Shown: piece by piece, positions 1 to 9,597 of the stretch | How the letters are laid out: each line of letters starts with the position of its first letter | Numbering within the stretch: position 1 is the first letter of the stretch | NCBI GenBank assembly: GCA_965225945.1 | Contig: CBDDBZ010000034.1 | Location: 32,001 to 96,000, forward strand | Length of the DNA stretch: 64,000 bases | Source: Alphaproteobacteria bacterium | GTDB lineage: Bacteria; Pseudomonadota; Alphaproteobacteria; GCA-2731375 | Reading direction: 5' to 3' | Position numbers and translations under genes: made by a program | Notes under the pieces: generated by a model | What the model saw: only the letters and a program-made list of their open reading frames with translations | The model's database searches: none | What the model was told of the DNA's origin: nothing

Positions 1-1164
1 ACCGGCACCCCGGACCTTGAGCGCCAGTTGCGCGCCGCCACGTCGGCGGTCGAGGCCGAGGAAACCGAGCAGCGCGACGCGGCCACAACTGGCCACAAAG
101 AGGGCCTGGACACCGAGGACCGCGAGCGCGCCGAGCTGCGCGACAAGGTGAAGCTCGGTGGCTACGTCGCGGCGGCAATCGAACAGCGGGCGGCGGTCGG
201 TGCCGAGGCCGAATACAACGCGGCTGTCGGGCTCTCCGGAAACCGCTTTCCGCTGGAACTGTTGGCGCCGCCCGAACAGCGGGCCGCGCGCGTCGAGGAC
301 CGGGCAGTTACGGGCGTCGACACCACGACGATGCCGCGCACATGGATTGATAGGCTGTTTGCCGGCACCGCGTCGCAGGCGGTCGGCGTCACGATGGAAA
401 GCGTCCCGGTCGGCGCGTCCAGTCACCCCGTCACCACGGCGGGCGCGACGGCGGCGCAGCGCGGCAAATCGCAGGTCGCGGCCGATGCCGCCTGGACCAT
501 CGGCGTCACCGAGTTGAAGCCGAAGCGAAACGCCGGCCGGTTATTGTTCAACATCGAAGACGCGGCGCGCATTCCAGGCCTGGAGTCGGCACTGACGCGC
601 GATCTTCGGATGGCGCTCACCGAGGGCGTCGACCGGGCGATCTTCCTCGGCGACGATACCGCAAACCCGAATACCGGCGATATCGTCGGGCTCACCACGG
701 CGGCCGGGCTGGTGGAGAAAAGCATCACGCAGGCGAACAAGATCAAGGGATCGAACGTGCTGCAAGTGTTCGCCGAGCTGATCGACGGCAAGGCCGCGAT
801 GATGCCGGGCGACCTCAAGGCCGTGCTCTCGGTCGGCGCCAATACCCTGTGGTCGCACACCCTGGCGAACACCGGCGCCAGCGTCGATACGACCATTGCC
901 GAATTTCTGCGGCGCTTCGGGCTTAACTGGCTGACGCGCGGCGAAATCGAGACCGCCACGGCCGCCGGTGACTTCGGCGCGTTCGTCGGGCTCGGGCGCG
1001 GGCTGGACGGCTCCGGCGTCGCGGCGCTTTGGAGTGCCGGAGAACTTATACGAGATCCGTACACCGAGGCCGCGAAAGGCGAAGTGGCGCTAACCCTCTG
1101 CTATCTGTGGGACTTCGGCTTACCAAGGGCAGCGAATTTCGCGCGCGTGACGTTCGCGGCCTGA
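1..1164 (+). CDS. Major capsid protein, HK97-like fold (5' partial; frame open from position 1)
   Basis: Coiled-coil-like N-terminus, then a capsid-like core (ELKPKR...LTRDLRMALTEGVDRAIFLGD, C-terminal IRDPYTEAAKGEVAL...DFGLPRAANF). Lies directly upstream of a prohead protease. Confidence 0.8.
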   Translation, partial: TGTPDLERQLRAATSAVEAEETEQRDAATTGHKEGLDTEDRERAELRDKVKLGGYVAAAIEQRAAVGAEAEYNAAVGLSGNRFPLELLAPPEQRAARVEDRAVTGVDTTTMPRTWIDRLFAGTASQAVGVTMESVPVGASSHPVTTAGATAAQRGKSQVAADAAWTIGVTELKPKRNAGRLLFNIEDAARIPGLESALTRDLRMALTEGVDRAIFLGDDTANPNTGDIVGLTTAAGLVEKSITQANKIKGSNVLQVFAELIDGKAAMMPGDLKAVLSVGANTLWSHTLANTGASVDTTIAEFLRRFGLNWLTRGEIETATAAGDFGAFVGLGRGLDGSGVAALWSAGELIRDPYTEAAKGEVALTLCYLWDFGLPRAANFARVTFAA

Positions 1165-1167
1165 CCC

Positions 1168-1644
1168 ATGGCCGAAGTCGAACGCCGCGCGGCGCTCGGC
1201 GAAATCCGAGTAGAGGGCCGCAAGCTCACTGGCACCGTCATGCGCTACGGCGAGGTGTCACCGAGCCACAAAGAGCGGTTTGAGCCAGGATCGCTCCGCA
1301 TGGCCGATGCCGTCCACCTGGACCTGGACCACGACCGCGAGCGAGCCGTGGCGTGGCACCCTGGCGGCGGCCTCGAGCTACGCGACGAAGACGGGGCGAT
1401 GATCCTTTCCGCCGAGCTGCCGCCTATCCCGGCCGCCGATCGCGCCCTAGAGGAAATCCGCGCCGGCAAGGTGACGGGCCTATCGGTCGAATTCCAGGCC
1501 GTGAAGGAGTCGCGCGTCGGCGGCGTGCGCGTGATCGAGGAAGCGTTGCTAACGGGCGTCGGGATCGTCGCGCGGCCTTCCTATGAGGGCGCGCGGATCG
1601 AGGCACGAACGCGCAAGCATGGAAGGTTCCCAAAGTGGCTTTGA
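1168..1644 (+). CDS. HK97-family prohead maturation protease
   Basis: Motifs G..MRYG, ERFEPGS, LDHD (His), GLSVEF (Ser) and IVARPSY; 158 aa. Confidence 0.85.
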   Translation: MAEVERRAALGEIRVEGRKLTGTVMRYGEVSPSHKERFEPGSLRMADAVHLDLDHDRERAVAWHPGGGLELRDEDGAMILSAELPPIPAADRALEEIRAGKVTGLSVEFQAVKESRVGGVRVIEEALLTGVGIVARPSYEGARIEARTRKHGRFPKWL

Positions 1645-2408
1645 CAGAACCGGAACTAGCGGAGCTGACCTCTACGGTCGCGGCGAGGATCGCCGGAACC
1701 GTGCTCGGCCGCGATGTGTTGCTGGGCGGATCGGTCGAAATGGAAATTGCCGGGGCCGCCGTGATCTTCTGTTGCGATGTCGCGCCGGACGCGCCCGCGG
1801 CGATCTTGCGCGAGGCGTCAATAAGGCTCGCGGGTTGGATCTATGGGAACAGGCCGCACGTCGTCGAACACGAATTCACTGACCCAACCGGCTCCACCAT
1901 AAAGCTCCGCTTCAACAATTCGGCCGCGACCGCCAACGGTTTCCGGTCGAGCGGCGCGTCGGCGCTACTGTCGCGCTACATGAAGCGCCGGGGCGGCGTG
2001 ATAGGTGGACCGTCCGAGCGCGTGACGGGCTCGGTTGCCACCCCGGTATCGGATATTGGTACGACCGTTATGAGACTCGGTTTCGCGGCGCCGTTGCCTT
2101 TCATGGACGATGGTTTTAGATGGATCGGAACGGCGAACGGAGTCGAGATCGATACCGCCCATTCGGAACCGGCGGCCTTTGGTTTCTGGCTTCCGGGGAA
2201 CGTCATGGATCGGGTTGTCGAGGTCGTGCTATTGCGCTCGGTTCGATTTAGCCTATCGCCGGACGTGGTAAATCTCGCCGCCTTCGGCCCGGCCATCGAA
2301 TACAAATTCGGCGATACCGCCGGGATGCTCCGGCATACGGCAGTCACGTTTGACGGCAATTTCAGTTTGCCGAACGACTTTCGCGCGGTCCTGGGCGAGC
2401 CACGCTGA
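1635..2408 (+). CDS. Putative head-tail connector (gp6-like N-terminal half) with C-terminal extension
   Basis: APDAPAAILREASIRLAGWIY...SGASALLSRY resembles connector helices; position in head operon; overlaps the protease stop. Confidence 0.5.
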   Translation: MALTEPELAELTSTVAARIAGTVLGRDVLLGGSVEMEIAGAAVIFCCDVAPDAPAAILREASIRLAGWIYGNRPHVVEHEFTDPTGSTIKLRFNNSAATANGFRSSGASALLSRYMKRRGGVIGGPSERVTGSVATPVSDIGTTVMRLGFAAPLPFMDDGFRWIGTANGVEIDTAHSEPAAFGFWLPGNVMDRVVEVVLLRSVRFSLSPDVVNLAAFGPAIEYKFGDTAGMLRHTAVTFDGNFSLPNDFRAVLGEPR

Positions 2409-3478
2409 TGTGGCCGTTCTCGCGCCGCACCGAGGACCGCCAAGCGACGGGCGGTTATACCGGCGCCATCACGGCGCTGATCGGGGCGGCAGCGGCCGGG
2501 ACGCAACAAGCATCGGCGACGGCGGCGACCGAGGCCGTCGCGGGCGCACTCTCACGGGCTTTCGCCGACGCGCGCGTTGACGGGCCGGCCGATATAGTAG
2601 CGGCAATCACGCCGCGCACACTCGCGCAAGTCGGCCGCGACCTGGTGCGCGCCGGCGAATCCTTGCACGTCATCCGCATGAGCGGCGGGCGCTTGCGCTT
2701 GTTCCCCGCGAGTACCTGGTATTGGGAAGGCGGCGCGGACCCGGCCGACTGGATTGTCACCGCCACGGTTTACGGACCCTCCGGCAGCTCGACGTGGCGC
2801 TTGCCGCAATCATCCGTTGTGTTCGCCACCTGGGGCTCACCGACCGCCCGACCCTACCACGGTATCGGTCCTGGGGCCTGGGCGGCGGACACTTCCCGGC
2901 TGGTGGCGAACGCCGAGCGATCCCTGGCAAACGAAGCCGGCGGGCCGGTCGCCCAGCTCTTGCCGGTCCCGCAAGACGGTGGCGACGGCGGCGAGGACGG
3001 CACGGACCCGCTTAGCGGGCTCAAATCCGATATCAAAGACGCGAAGGGCTCGGCGTTGCTCGTGGAAACCACAAGCGGCGGATGGGGCGAGGGCGCTGTC
3101 AACGCACCGCGGTCTGACTGGAAACAAGCGCGCCTGGGGCCGATGCCCCCCGAGGCGATGGTCAAGCTTGCGGAGTCCGCCTTCGCGCGGTCGCTCGCGG
3201 CGGCCGGTTGCTCGCCTTCCCTGTTCAACGACGCGGACGGCACGTCAAAGCGCGAGGCGCTGCGGCAATGGCATATGGGCGTCGTGCGCCCGCTCGCGAC
3301 GATGTTGGAGCATGAGCTGACGGAGAAATTCGGCGTGCCGGTCAAGCTGAAATTCGACAACTATCCGATGGACATGGTTTCGCGGGCGCAGGTTTTTTCG
3401 AAGCTCGCCGCTGTCGAGGGCGTGTCGCCCGAAATGGCGCTGGCGTTTGCTCAAATAGGCGATGGCGATGGCGACTGA
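2408..3478 (+). CDS. Phage portal protein
   Basis: MWPF start, AVAGALSRAFA, GRDLVRAGES, P.HG.GP and IA-like CSPSLF...VVRPLATMLEHEL motifs; size and context fit. Confidence 0.8.
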   Translation: MWPFSRRTEDRQATGGYTGAITALIGAAAAGTQQASATAATEAVAGALSRAFADARVDGPADIVAAITPRTLAQVGRDLVRAGESLHVIRMSGGRLRLFPASTWYWEGGADPADWIVTATVYGPSGSSTWRLPQSSVVFATWGSPTARPYHGIGPGAWAADTSRLVANAERSLANEAGGPVAQLLPVPQDGGDGGEDGTDPLSGLKSDIKDAKGSALLVETTSGGWGEGAVNAPRSDWKQARLGPMPPEAMVKLAESAFARSLAAAGCSPSLFNDADGTSKREALRQWHMGVVRPLATMLEHELTEKFGVPVKLKFDNYPMDMVSRAQVFSKLAAVEGVSPEMALAFAQIGDGDGD

Positions 3479-3851
3479 TCCGGTTATTTCATATGCCGGC
3501 CCGGAGTCCACCTCATTCGAGGTGCTGGTGATGCTGTACATCGGCGAGGCCGTCAGAGTGCGGGGCGTGCTGAGAAACTTCGACACCTCGGCGGGCGAGG
3601 CCTCCGCACCCTTCGCCGATGCCGGGTCGGTTCTCTGGATCAGCTATAACAACGAACCAGGGCAAATCGAATTCGTGGAATACGTCGAGCCAGCGACCGA
3701 GCGACGCCTGCACCGTCGCGTCACCAAGCGCGAGCGCACCTCGGGCAACTTCAACACGGTCAAGCTCCACCTCTCGGCGGAAGAAGTGGTGATTGCACAG
3801 CGCGGCATGTTCTCCGGGGCGGACTTCAGTAGCGAGGACTTCGCAACGTGA
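3462..3851 (+). CDS. Phage hypothetical protein, possible head-closure/joining protein
   Basis: About 129 aa, beta-rich, translationally coupled between portal and tail-completion genes. Function inferred from position only. Confidence 0.45.
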   Translation: MAMATDPVISYAGPESTSFEVLVMLYIGEAVRVRGVLRNFDTSAGEASAPFADAGSVLWISYNNEPGQIEFVEYVEPATERRLHRRVTKRERTSGNFNTVKLHLSAEEVVIAQRGMFSGADFSSEDFAT

Positions 3852-4408
3852 CGGGGATAGTCATATCGAGCCGGGATGCCGAGCGGATCGCGCGTGCCTT
3901 CAACGACCTGATCGGGCCGAAAGGGCTTGACCGAATTAGGCGCAAGGCCGTCAACGAGGTCGGCGCCAGGGTGCGGAAGCAAACCCGCATCATCGGGCCG
4001 GAGATTTACAACACCTCACAGGCGTCGCTGAAGGTGCAGGGCAAGGCCGCTTCGCCGGGCTCAGATAACCCGAGCTATCGCCTATCCATGGCGGCGACGA
4101 TCCCCGTGTCGAAGTTGCGGGCGCGGGCTCGCAAGGTCACCCGAAGGCGTGGTCGCGCGTCGCTGTCGATCCTGCTCCCCAACGGTGACAAGATCGCCTT
4201 CCGCAGCGTGCGGCGCGAAGGGTCGATCTTCCACCTGCTCCAGGCCGGGCCGTTGGCGGAAAGATCGCTCGGCGGCGTCTTCACCAACCCCAGGACCGCC
4301 TTCGAGCGTCACCCCGAGCTGGTGACGCTCCGCCGGGATGCCGAACAGGAACTCGCCGAGGCCGTCGCGACGCAAATCACCGCCCACCTGAAGGGACGAA
4401 GACGTTGA
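3848..4408 (+). CDS. Putative tail-completion protein (lambda gpZ-like)
   Basis: Basic 186-aa protein with RKAVNEVGARVRKQ...IYN pattern; GTGA overlap with the previous gene. Confidence 0.55.
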   Translation: MTGIVISSRDAERIARAFNDLIGPKGLDRIRRKAVNEVGARVRKQTRIIGPEIYNTSQASLKVQGKAASPGSDNPSYRLSMAATIPVSKLRARARKVTRRRGRASLSILLPNGDKIAFRSVRREGSIFHLLQAGPLAERSLGGVFTNPRTAFERHPELVTLRRDAEQELAEAVATQITAHLKGRRR

Positions 4409-4980
4409 CACAGATTTCAATGACCGACGACGCAATCATCCGGCTGTTGGATAGTTGCGCCTTTCCTGGCGTCACCATCCTGTCGGCGCCGCACGCATGG
4501 GATGGCGGATTCGTGCAAAGGCTGATCCCGCAAACGCCAGCCATCTTGATCAGCTTCCTCGGCGCCGACGATCCAGACTCGAAGCTCACCGAATTAAACC
4601 TCGATGGCCGATGGGGTTGCTACGTTGTCGTCGGCTGGCATGGCGTGGACCAGAAGGCGCGGCGCCTCGGCGCGGGCGCCGGCTTCGACCTCATGCACCG
4701 CGCGGCGGCGGCGCTTCACAACGAGACTTTGCTGGAGGAAAACGGCGAGAGGCTTCCGCAGGCGCGGGTCGACGGGCTGCAAGTGCTGGCCGATTCGTCG
4801 ACCGACCTCGCAAATCTGTGGATCGGCGAGATTTCCGTCGTGGTCGAACTGCCGTTGCCGCTGCTGGAGGGTGACGCCTGCTTTGGGCCGCTCGACAATT
4901 TCTTGCGCGTGCGCGGCGATCTTGTCGTGAGTGACGAAGCCGACGACATCGAGATCGCCGTGGACCTCCCGCAGACGTAG
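4405..4980 (+). CDS. Putative tail terminator (Mu gp37-like)
   Basis: PAILISFLG, GRWGCYVVVG and RRLG..G.DL...AAALHN pattern; acidic C-terminus; last gene of the module. Confidence 0.55.
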   Translation: MTQISMTDDAIIRLLDSCAFPGVTILSAPHAWDGGFVQRLIPQTPAILISFLGADDPDSKLTELNLDGRWGCYVVVGWHGVDQKARRLGAGAGFDLMHRAAAALHNETLLEENGERLPQARVDGLQVLADSSTDLANLWIGEISVVVELPLPLLEGDACFGPLDNFLRVRGDLVVSDEADDIEIAVDLPQT

Positions 4981-5091
4981 CGACGATGGCGGGAGCATGG
5001 CCGCGTAAATTCGGCCGCGCCGGACAGACCTCCCCGGCACATATCCCCCACCCCGGAACGCTCTTGCGCATCCTGAGCCTTCCTAGGGGCT

Positions 5092-5131
5092 TTGGCGACA
5101 TATTGGCGACATGCTTGAAATCCCGTGTCGC
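5092..5131. repeat. Putative integrase arm-type sites: TTGGCGACAT x2 (5092-5101, 5103-5112) plus an inverted partial copy GTGTCGC (5125-5131)
   Basis: Exact 10-bp direct repeat with a 1-bp spacer, 50-70 bp from the tRNA 3' end. Confidence 0.6.
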
Positions 5132-5142
5132 TGAATTCTCCC

Positions 5143-5155
5143 TAAGTCCTTGATT
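5143..5155 (-). promoter_or_regulatory. IHF binding site consensus in the att arm
   Basis: Minus strand reads AATCAAGGACTTA, an exact match to WATCAANNNNTTR, and abuts the tRNA CCA end. Confidence 0.65.
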
Positions 5156-5159
5156 TAAT

Positions 5160-5235
<76 letters not shown>

Positions 5236-5477
5236 GCCGGGGGCGGCATATAGCAGAGCCCGACCGCCATGTCGATGCCTCATCGCTGCGCCGAGCCCCC
5301 GCGCCGGGGATCATGGTGGCACAGCGCCACGAGGCAACATGCCACCGATGCCTCACCGGGGAATATCGGGCCGAGTGGCCCGATCGAGTTTGATAAAATT
5401 GGCGCTTTTCATCAGGCCAAATCCGAGGTAGTCGTCGCCCCTTCGAGAGCCGAACCCGCGAGGCCGGAATGAGGGCG

Positions 5478-6197
5478 ATGGACGTCAGAATGAATGAATT
5501 GGGACAGCCGATCGGCTCGGCCCTGGCGGCTTGGACGGCGGCGGCGAGGCCGCCCCGGACAGTGATGGAGGGGCGCTTCTGCCGGCTCGAGCCGGTCGAC
5601 CTCGAGGCCCACGCCTCCGCCCTCTTCGCCGCCTTCCGCGAGGACCGGGAGGGCCGGATCTGGACCTATCTCGCCTACGGCCCCTTCGAGCGCGAGGCCG
5701 ACTTTCGCGCCTGGATGAGGGCGGCCTGCCTGGGCGAGGATCCGCTGTTCCACGCCATCGTCGAGCAGCGGAGCGGCCGGGCGCTCGGCGTCGCCAGCCT
5801 GCTCCGGATCGAGCCCGGCACCGGCGTCATCGAGGTCGGCCACATCAACTACGGGCCCCGCCTGCAACGGACGGCGGCGGCGACGGAGGCGATGTATCTA
5901 CTGATGCGCCGCGTCTTCGCCGAGCTCGGCTACCGGCGCTACGAATGGAAGTGCGATGCCCTGAACGCGGGCTCGCGCCGCGCGGCGGAGCGGCTCGGCT
6001 TCCGCCCCGAGGGCCTGTTTCGCCAGGCGACGATGTACAAGGGCCGCAACCGCGACACCGCCTGGTTCTCGATCCTCGACGGCGAATGGCCGGGGCTGGA
6101 GGCGGCTTACGAGGAATGGCTGGATGGGGCCAACTTCGACGCCGAGGGACGCCAGAAGGCGAGCCTGGGGGCGCTGATCGAACGACACCGGGCATGA
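5478..6197 (+). CDS. GNAT family N-acetyltransferase (RimJ/RimL-like)
   Basis: NELGQPIG, IEVGHI, GYRRYEWKCDALN..S and KGRNRDTAWFS motifs. Start uncertain (5469, 5478 or 5490). Confidence 0.88.
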   Translation: MDVRMNELGQPIGSALAAWTAAARPPRTVMEGRFCRLEPVDLEAHASALFAAFREDREGRIWTYLAYGPFEREADFRAWMRAACLGEDPLFHAIVEQRSGRALGVASLLRIEPGTGVIEVGHINYGPRLQRTAAATEAMYLLMRRVFAELGYRRYEWKCDALNAGSRRAAERLGFRPEGLFRQATMYKGRNRDTAWFSILDGEWPGLEAAYEEWLDGANFDAEGRQKASLGALIERHRA

Positions 6198-6358
6198 TCA
6201 TCCGGCCCGCCGGGCGCTCCGGTGGTATCGGCCGGCGGCTGACGGAAGTCGTTGCCCGGAAGCTCTCGGGCCGGGGCGAGACGCGCGCTCGCCGGAACCG
6301 CCGTCGGCGGTCCGCTTGAAGGCCGGCCTGATCCACGCTAAATAAAGAGCGTTCGAAT

Positions 6359-6785
6359 TTGAACGGGAGTGAACGCGAGGGCGTCAGCGCGCGGAAAAGC
6401 GCGAAACCGGTGATCATCCACAAGGTCAAGGACGGTGCCACGACGATGCTGGTCCGCAGCACCGGCTCGTCGACGACGACCAGCCCGGCGCAAAGCGCCC
6501 GTTGGCAGCACTGTGTCGGCCTGTGGACCCTGAACGCGGACAAGTCGGGTTCCGGCTCCGGCAACTGCTATTCGCTCGACGGTGACGGCGATCAATGGAC
6601 CGTTTCCTGGGAAGGCACCAATGCCGGCTTCCTGGGAAGGCACCAATGCCGGCGGGACCTGGGCGCAGGTGAGCGGCACGGGAAAATACGCCAATCGCAC
6701 CGGCGCCAAGGGCAACTGGAAGCCCGGCACGCGCTTCGCCGACGGCATGGGGCTCACGCTGTGGGACGGCGACTGCGGCGACTGA
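6359..6785 (+). pseudogene. Hypothetical beta-rich protein frameshifted by a 25-bp tandem duplication
   Basis: Frame 1 (...DGDQWTVSWEGTNAG) continues in another frame (SWEGTNAGGTWAQVSGTGKY...DCGD*). Removing one repeat copy restores a single ORF. Confidence 0.65.
6604..6653. repeat. Perfect 25-bp tandem duplication TTCCTGGGAAGGCACCAATGCCGGC
   Basis: Copies at 6604-6628 and 6629-6653. Confidence 0.95.
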
Positions 6786-6968
6786 GACTCCCGGCGGCGG
6801 CGCGTCGGAGCCGAAAACCCGGGAACCGAAATCCCTGGCGAAGACTTCGAGGTCGGATCATGGTGGTGCTCGGTCTCGGGGCCGCGGGTGGTTCCGTCAA
6901 GTCGGACAATGCTAGGCTCCGATCCCGGGGTTGTTCGAACCGTTGACGCGCCGAGACGGGAGTTGTCC

Positions 6969-8887
6969 ATGAGCGAGGCCATCGTCGAGCGGCGCCTGTC
7001 GACCATCCTGGCCGCCGACGTGGTCGGCTACAGCCGCCTGGTGGGCCGGGACGAGGCCGGCACGGTCGCCGCCATCAAGGCCCATATCGGCGAACTGATC
7101 GAGCCGAAGGCGCTGCAGTATCGCGGCCGCATCGTCAAGCTGATGGGCGATGGGCTGCTGATGGAGTTCGTAAGCGTCGTCGACGCGGTGCTGTTCGCGG
7201 TCGAGATGCAGGGCGGCATGGCGCTCCGCAACGATCGGCTGGCCGAGGACGACCGGATCGTCTTCCGCATCGGCATCAACATCGGCGACATCATCGTCGA
7301 CGGCGACGATATCCACGGCGACGGCGTCAACATCGCCGCGCGGCTCGAAAGCATGGCGGAGCCGGGCGGGGTCTACCTCTCGGAGGCCGCCTTCGCCCAG
7401 GTCCAGGGCAAGCTCGACCTCAATTTCGAGTCCCTGGGCGCGCAAGAAGCCAAGAACATCTCCCAGCCGATCTCGGTCCGCCGCGTGATCATGGACGACA
7501 AGGCGAACAGCCGGCTGACCGACATCCAGCGCGCCCGGCGTGCCCGGCGGCGCCCGCCTTGGCCTTGTTGGTGGCGGGCGGGATCGTGCTCCTCGCCCTC
7601 GGCGGGGGGATCGCCTGGTGGCGGCTCCAGACACCGGCGGCGGAGACCGCGCCCGATGTCCAGGCGGCGCTGGCGCTTCCCGACAAGCCCTCCGTGGTGG
7701 TGCTGCCGCTGGAGAACCAATCGGGCGACGCCGCCCAGGACGGCCTGGCGAGCGCGATCTCTGAGGCCATCACGACCGAGCTCGCGCGCTTTCCCGAGCT
7801 CTTCGTGATCTCGCCCGATTCGGCCAAGGTCTACCGCGACCGCAAGAAGACGCCGCGCGAGATCGGCCGGGCCTTGGGCGTCGGCCACGTCATGACCGGC
7901 GCCATCCAGCGCGCGGGCGACCGTCTCAGGGTGACGGTGCGACTGATCGAGGCCGAGAGCGAAGCACAGGTCTGGAGCGAGAAGTACGATCGCACGGTCG
8001 ACGACATCTTCGTCGTGCAGGACGAAATCGTGCGCGCGGCGGTGACCGCGCTCGGCGAGACGATCTGGCAGAGCGCCGCCACCAAGCTGGCGGCGAAGCC
8101 GCTGGCCAACTTCGCCGCCTACGATTACTGGCTCCAGGGCAAGGAGGTCTTCCACAAGCTGACCCCGGAGGCCAACCAGGAGGCCCGGCGGCTCTGGACC
8201 AAGGGCGTCGAACTGGATCCGGAACTTGGTTTCGGCTATCTCGGGCTCGCCTGGAGCCACTACATCGAATTTCGCGCCCAATGGGTCGCGACCGGGCCGG
8301 GGGCCCTGGAGCAGGCCACCGCCTATCTCGAACGGGCGACGGAGAAGATGGGCGAACAGGAGGGTATCCACCGCCTGATGGCGAAGATCAGCGAGGCGCG
8401 CGGCGAATTCGACAAAGCCTTGACCCACGCCGAGCGGGCGCTCGATCTCAATCCGAACGACGGCGACCTGCTCGCCACCTAGGCGCAGATGTTGACCGCC
8501 GCGGGGCGGGCCTCCGAGGCGCGGCGCTGGATCGACGACGCCATGCGCCGCAATCCGCACTATCCCGGCTGGTATGCCTCCGCCCTTTCCTACATCCAGT
8601 ACCGCCGCGGGGCGGGCCTCCGAGGCGCGGCGCTGGGAAAGGATTACGCGGGCGCCGTCACCACGCTCAACCGGATTGGAAAGCTGGCGATCTGGGACCG
8701 CCGCGCGCTGGCCGCCAGCTACGGCCAGTTGGGCCGGCAAGGGGAGGCGAGGAAGCAGGTCGACGCCGTGCTCGGAAAGAATCCTGAATTCTCCCTGGCG
8801 AAGTTCGCGCCGACCCTCAAATATCGCCGCGACGCGGACCGCGAGCACTTATTGGAAGGTCTGGAGAAGGCGGGATTCCCGGAGTAG
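6969..8887 (+). pseudogene. Class III adenylate/guanylate cyclase-TolB-like-TPR protein, disrupted
   Basis: ERRLSTILAADVVGYSRL, GDG and GDGVNIAARLE cyclase motifs; LPDKPSVVVLP TolB-like domain; TPRs. Lesions: 1-bp frameshift at about 7561, in-frame TAG at 8480-8482, and a 36-bp inserted copy at 8601-8636. Confidence 0.88.
8495..8636. repeat. 36-bp direct repeat ACCGCCGCGGGGCGGGCCTCCGAGGCGCGGCGCTGG (8495-8530 and 8601-8636)
   Basis: Identical copies 106 bp apart, read in different frames of the same gene. Confidence 0.9.
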
Positions 8888-8913
8888 GCGCGGCACGCGG
8901 GGGAGTTCGCGCC

Positions 8914-9564
8914 ATGGCGCACATCACCACCATGACGGCCGCCGTTGCGGCATTGAACGCCGCCTGGCCAACCATCGTCAGGGAATGCAGGCAGGTTCTC
9001 GGCAGCGAACTGCACTACCAAGCCATGATCTACCACGCGTTGCGCAGGACCGGCCGCGTGCCCATCGACCAGCTCGGCATGAACGTAAAGCAGTGGATCG
9101 ACGAACCTACGACCGAGCTGTTTCAAATTTACGATTCGGCCAAGGTGGAGAACTATCAGGGAGGATTTGAACCCATCCCCGACATTGTCCTGTTTCACCC
9201 ACGAATCCGTGGCGATTGGCGTAGAAGGAACAGAGAGAACAAGCTGAAGCACATGCTGCTCGCGATCGAGGTCAAGGCCTCCGAACGCCATAAGGGCCGG
9301 CTGAGACCCGGCGAGGTCATGGACGATATTGACAAGCTGGACGCGCAGCGTGAAGAACTGCGTTGTCTTGGCGCCCGGATGAAGCCCATCATGCTGATCA
9401 TCGACACGGCGCCGGAGGCCATTGAGCGGATGACGTCGAATGGCCTGCAAAAGTGCCGAACGAAGGCGCGCGATTACACGGTCGACTTGCTATATCTGTC
9501 GCCAAGCACGGCGTTCTGGGATACCACTTGGCCTGTCCGGCGCCCGTCCGCCAGGCAGGGTTGA
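8914..9564 (+). CDS. Hypothetical protein, possible PD-(D/E)XK nuclease fold
   Basis: N-terminal helix Glu (SELHYQ), PDIVLF and LAIEVKAS motifs; lower GC than its neighbours. Confidence 0.55.
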   Translation: MAHITTMTAAVAALNAAWPTIVRECRQVLGSELHYQAMIYHALRRTGRVPIDQLGMNVKQWIDEPTTELFQIYDSAKVENYQGGFEPIPDIVLFHPRIRGDWRRRNRENKLKHMLLAIEVKASERHKGRLRPGEVMDDIDKLDAQREELRCLGARMKPIMLIIDTAPEAIERMTSNGLQKCRTKARDYTVDLLYLSPSTAFWDTTWPVRRPSARQG

Positions 9565-9597
9565 GCGGCGTTCCGCCGATCCTTGCGGCACTGCTCC

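Larger units (their letters stand above)
1..5159 (+). mobile_element. Right part of an integrated prophage/phage-satellite-like element (head and neck module) ending at tRNA-Lys
   Basis: Seven tightly coupled co-directional phage structural ORFs end 180 bp before the 3' end of a tRNA, with arm-type repeats and an IHF site in between. The left end lies outside the window. Confidence 0.85.

Noticed and set aside
1-4980. Gene transfer agent (RcGTA-like) cluster
   Set aside because: Gene order differs from the terminase-portal-protease-capsid-tail order of RcGTA, tail genes are absent, and the module ends at a tRNA att arm.
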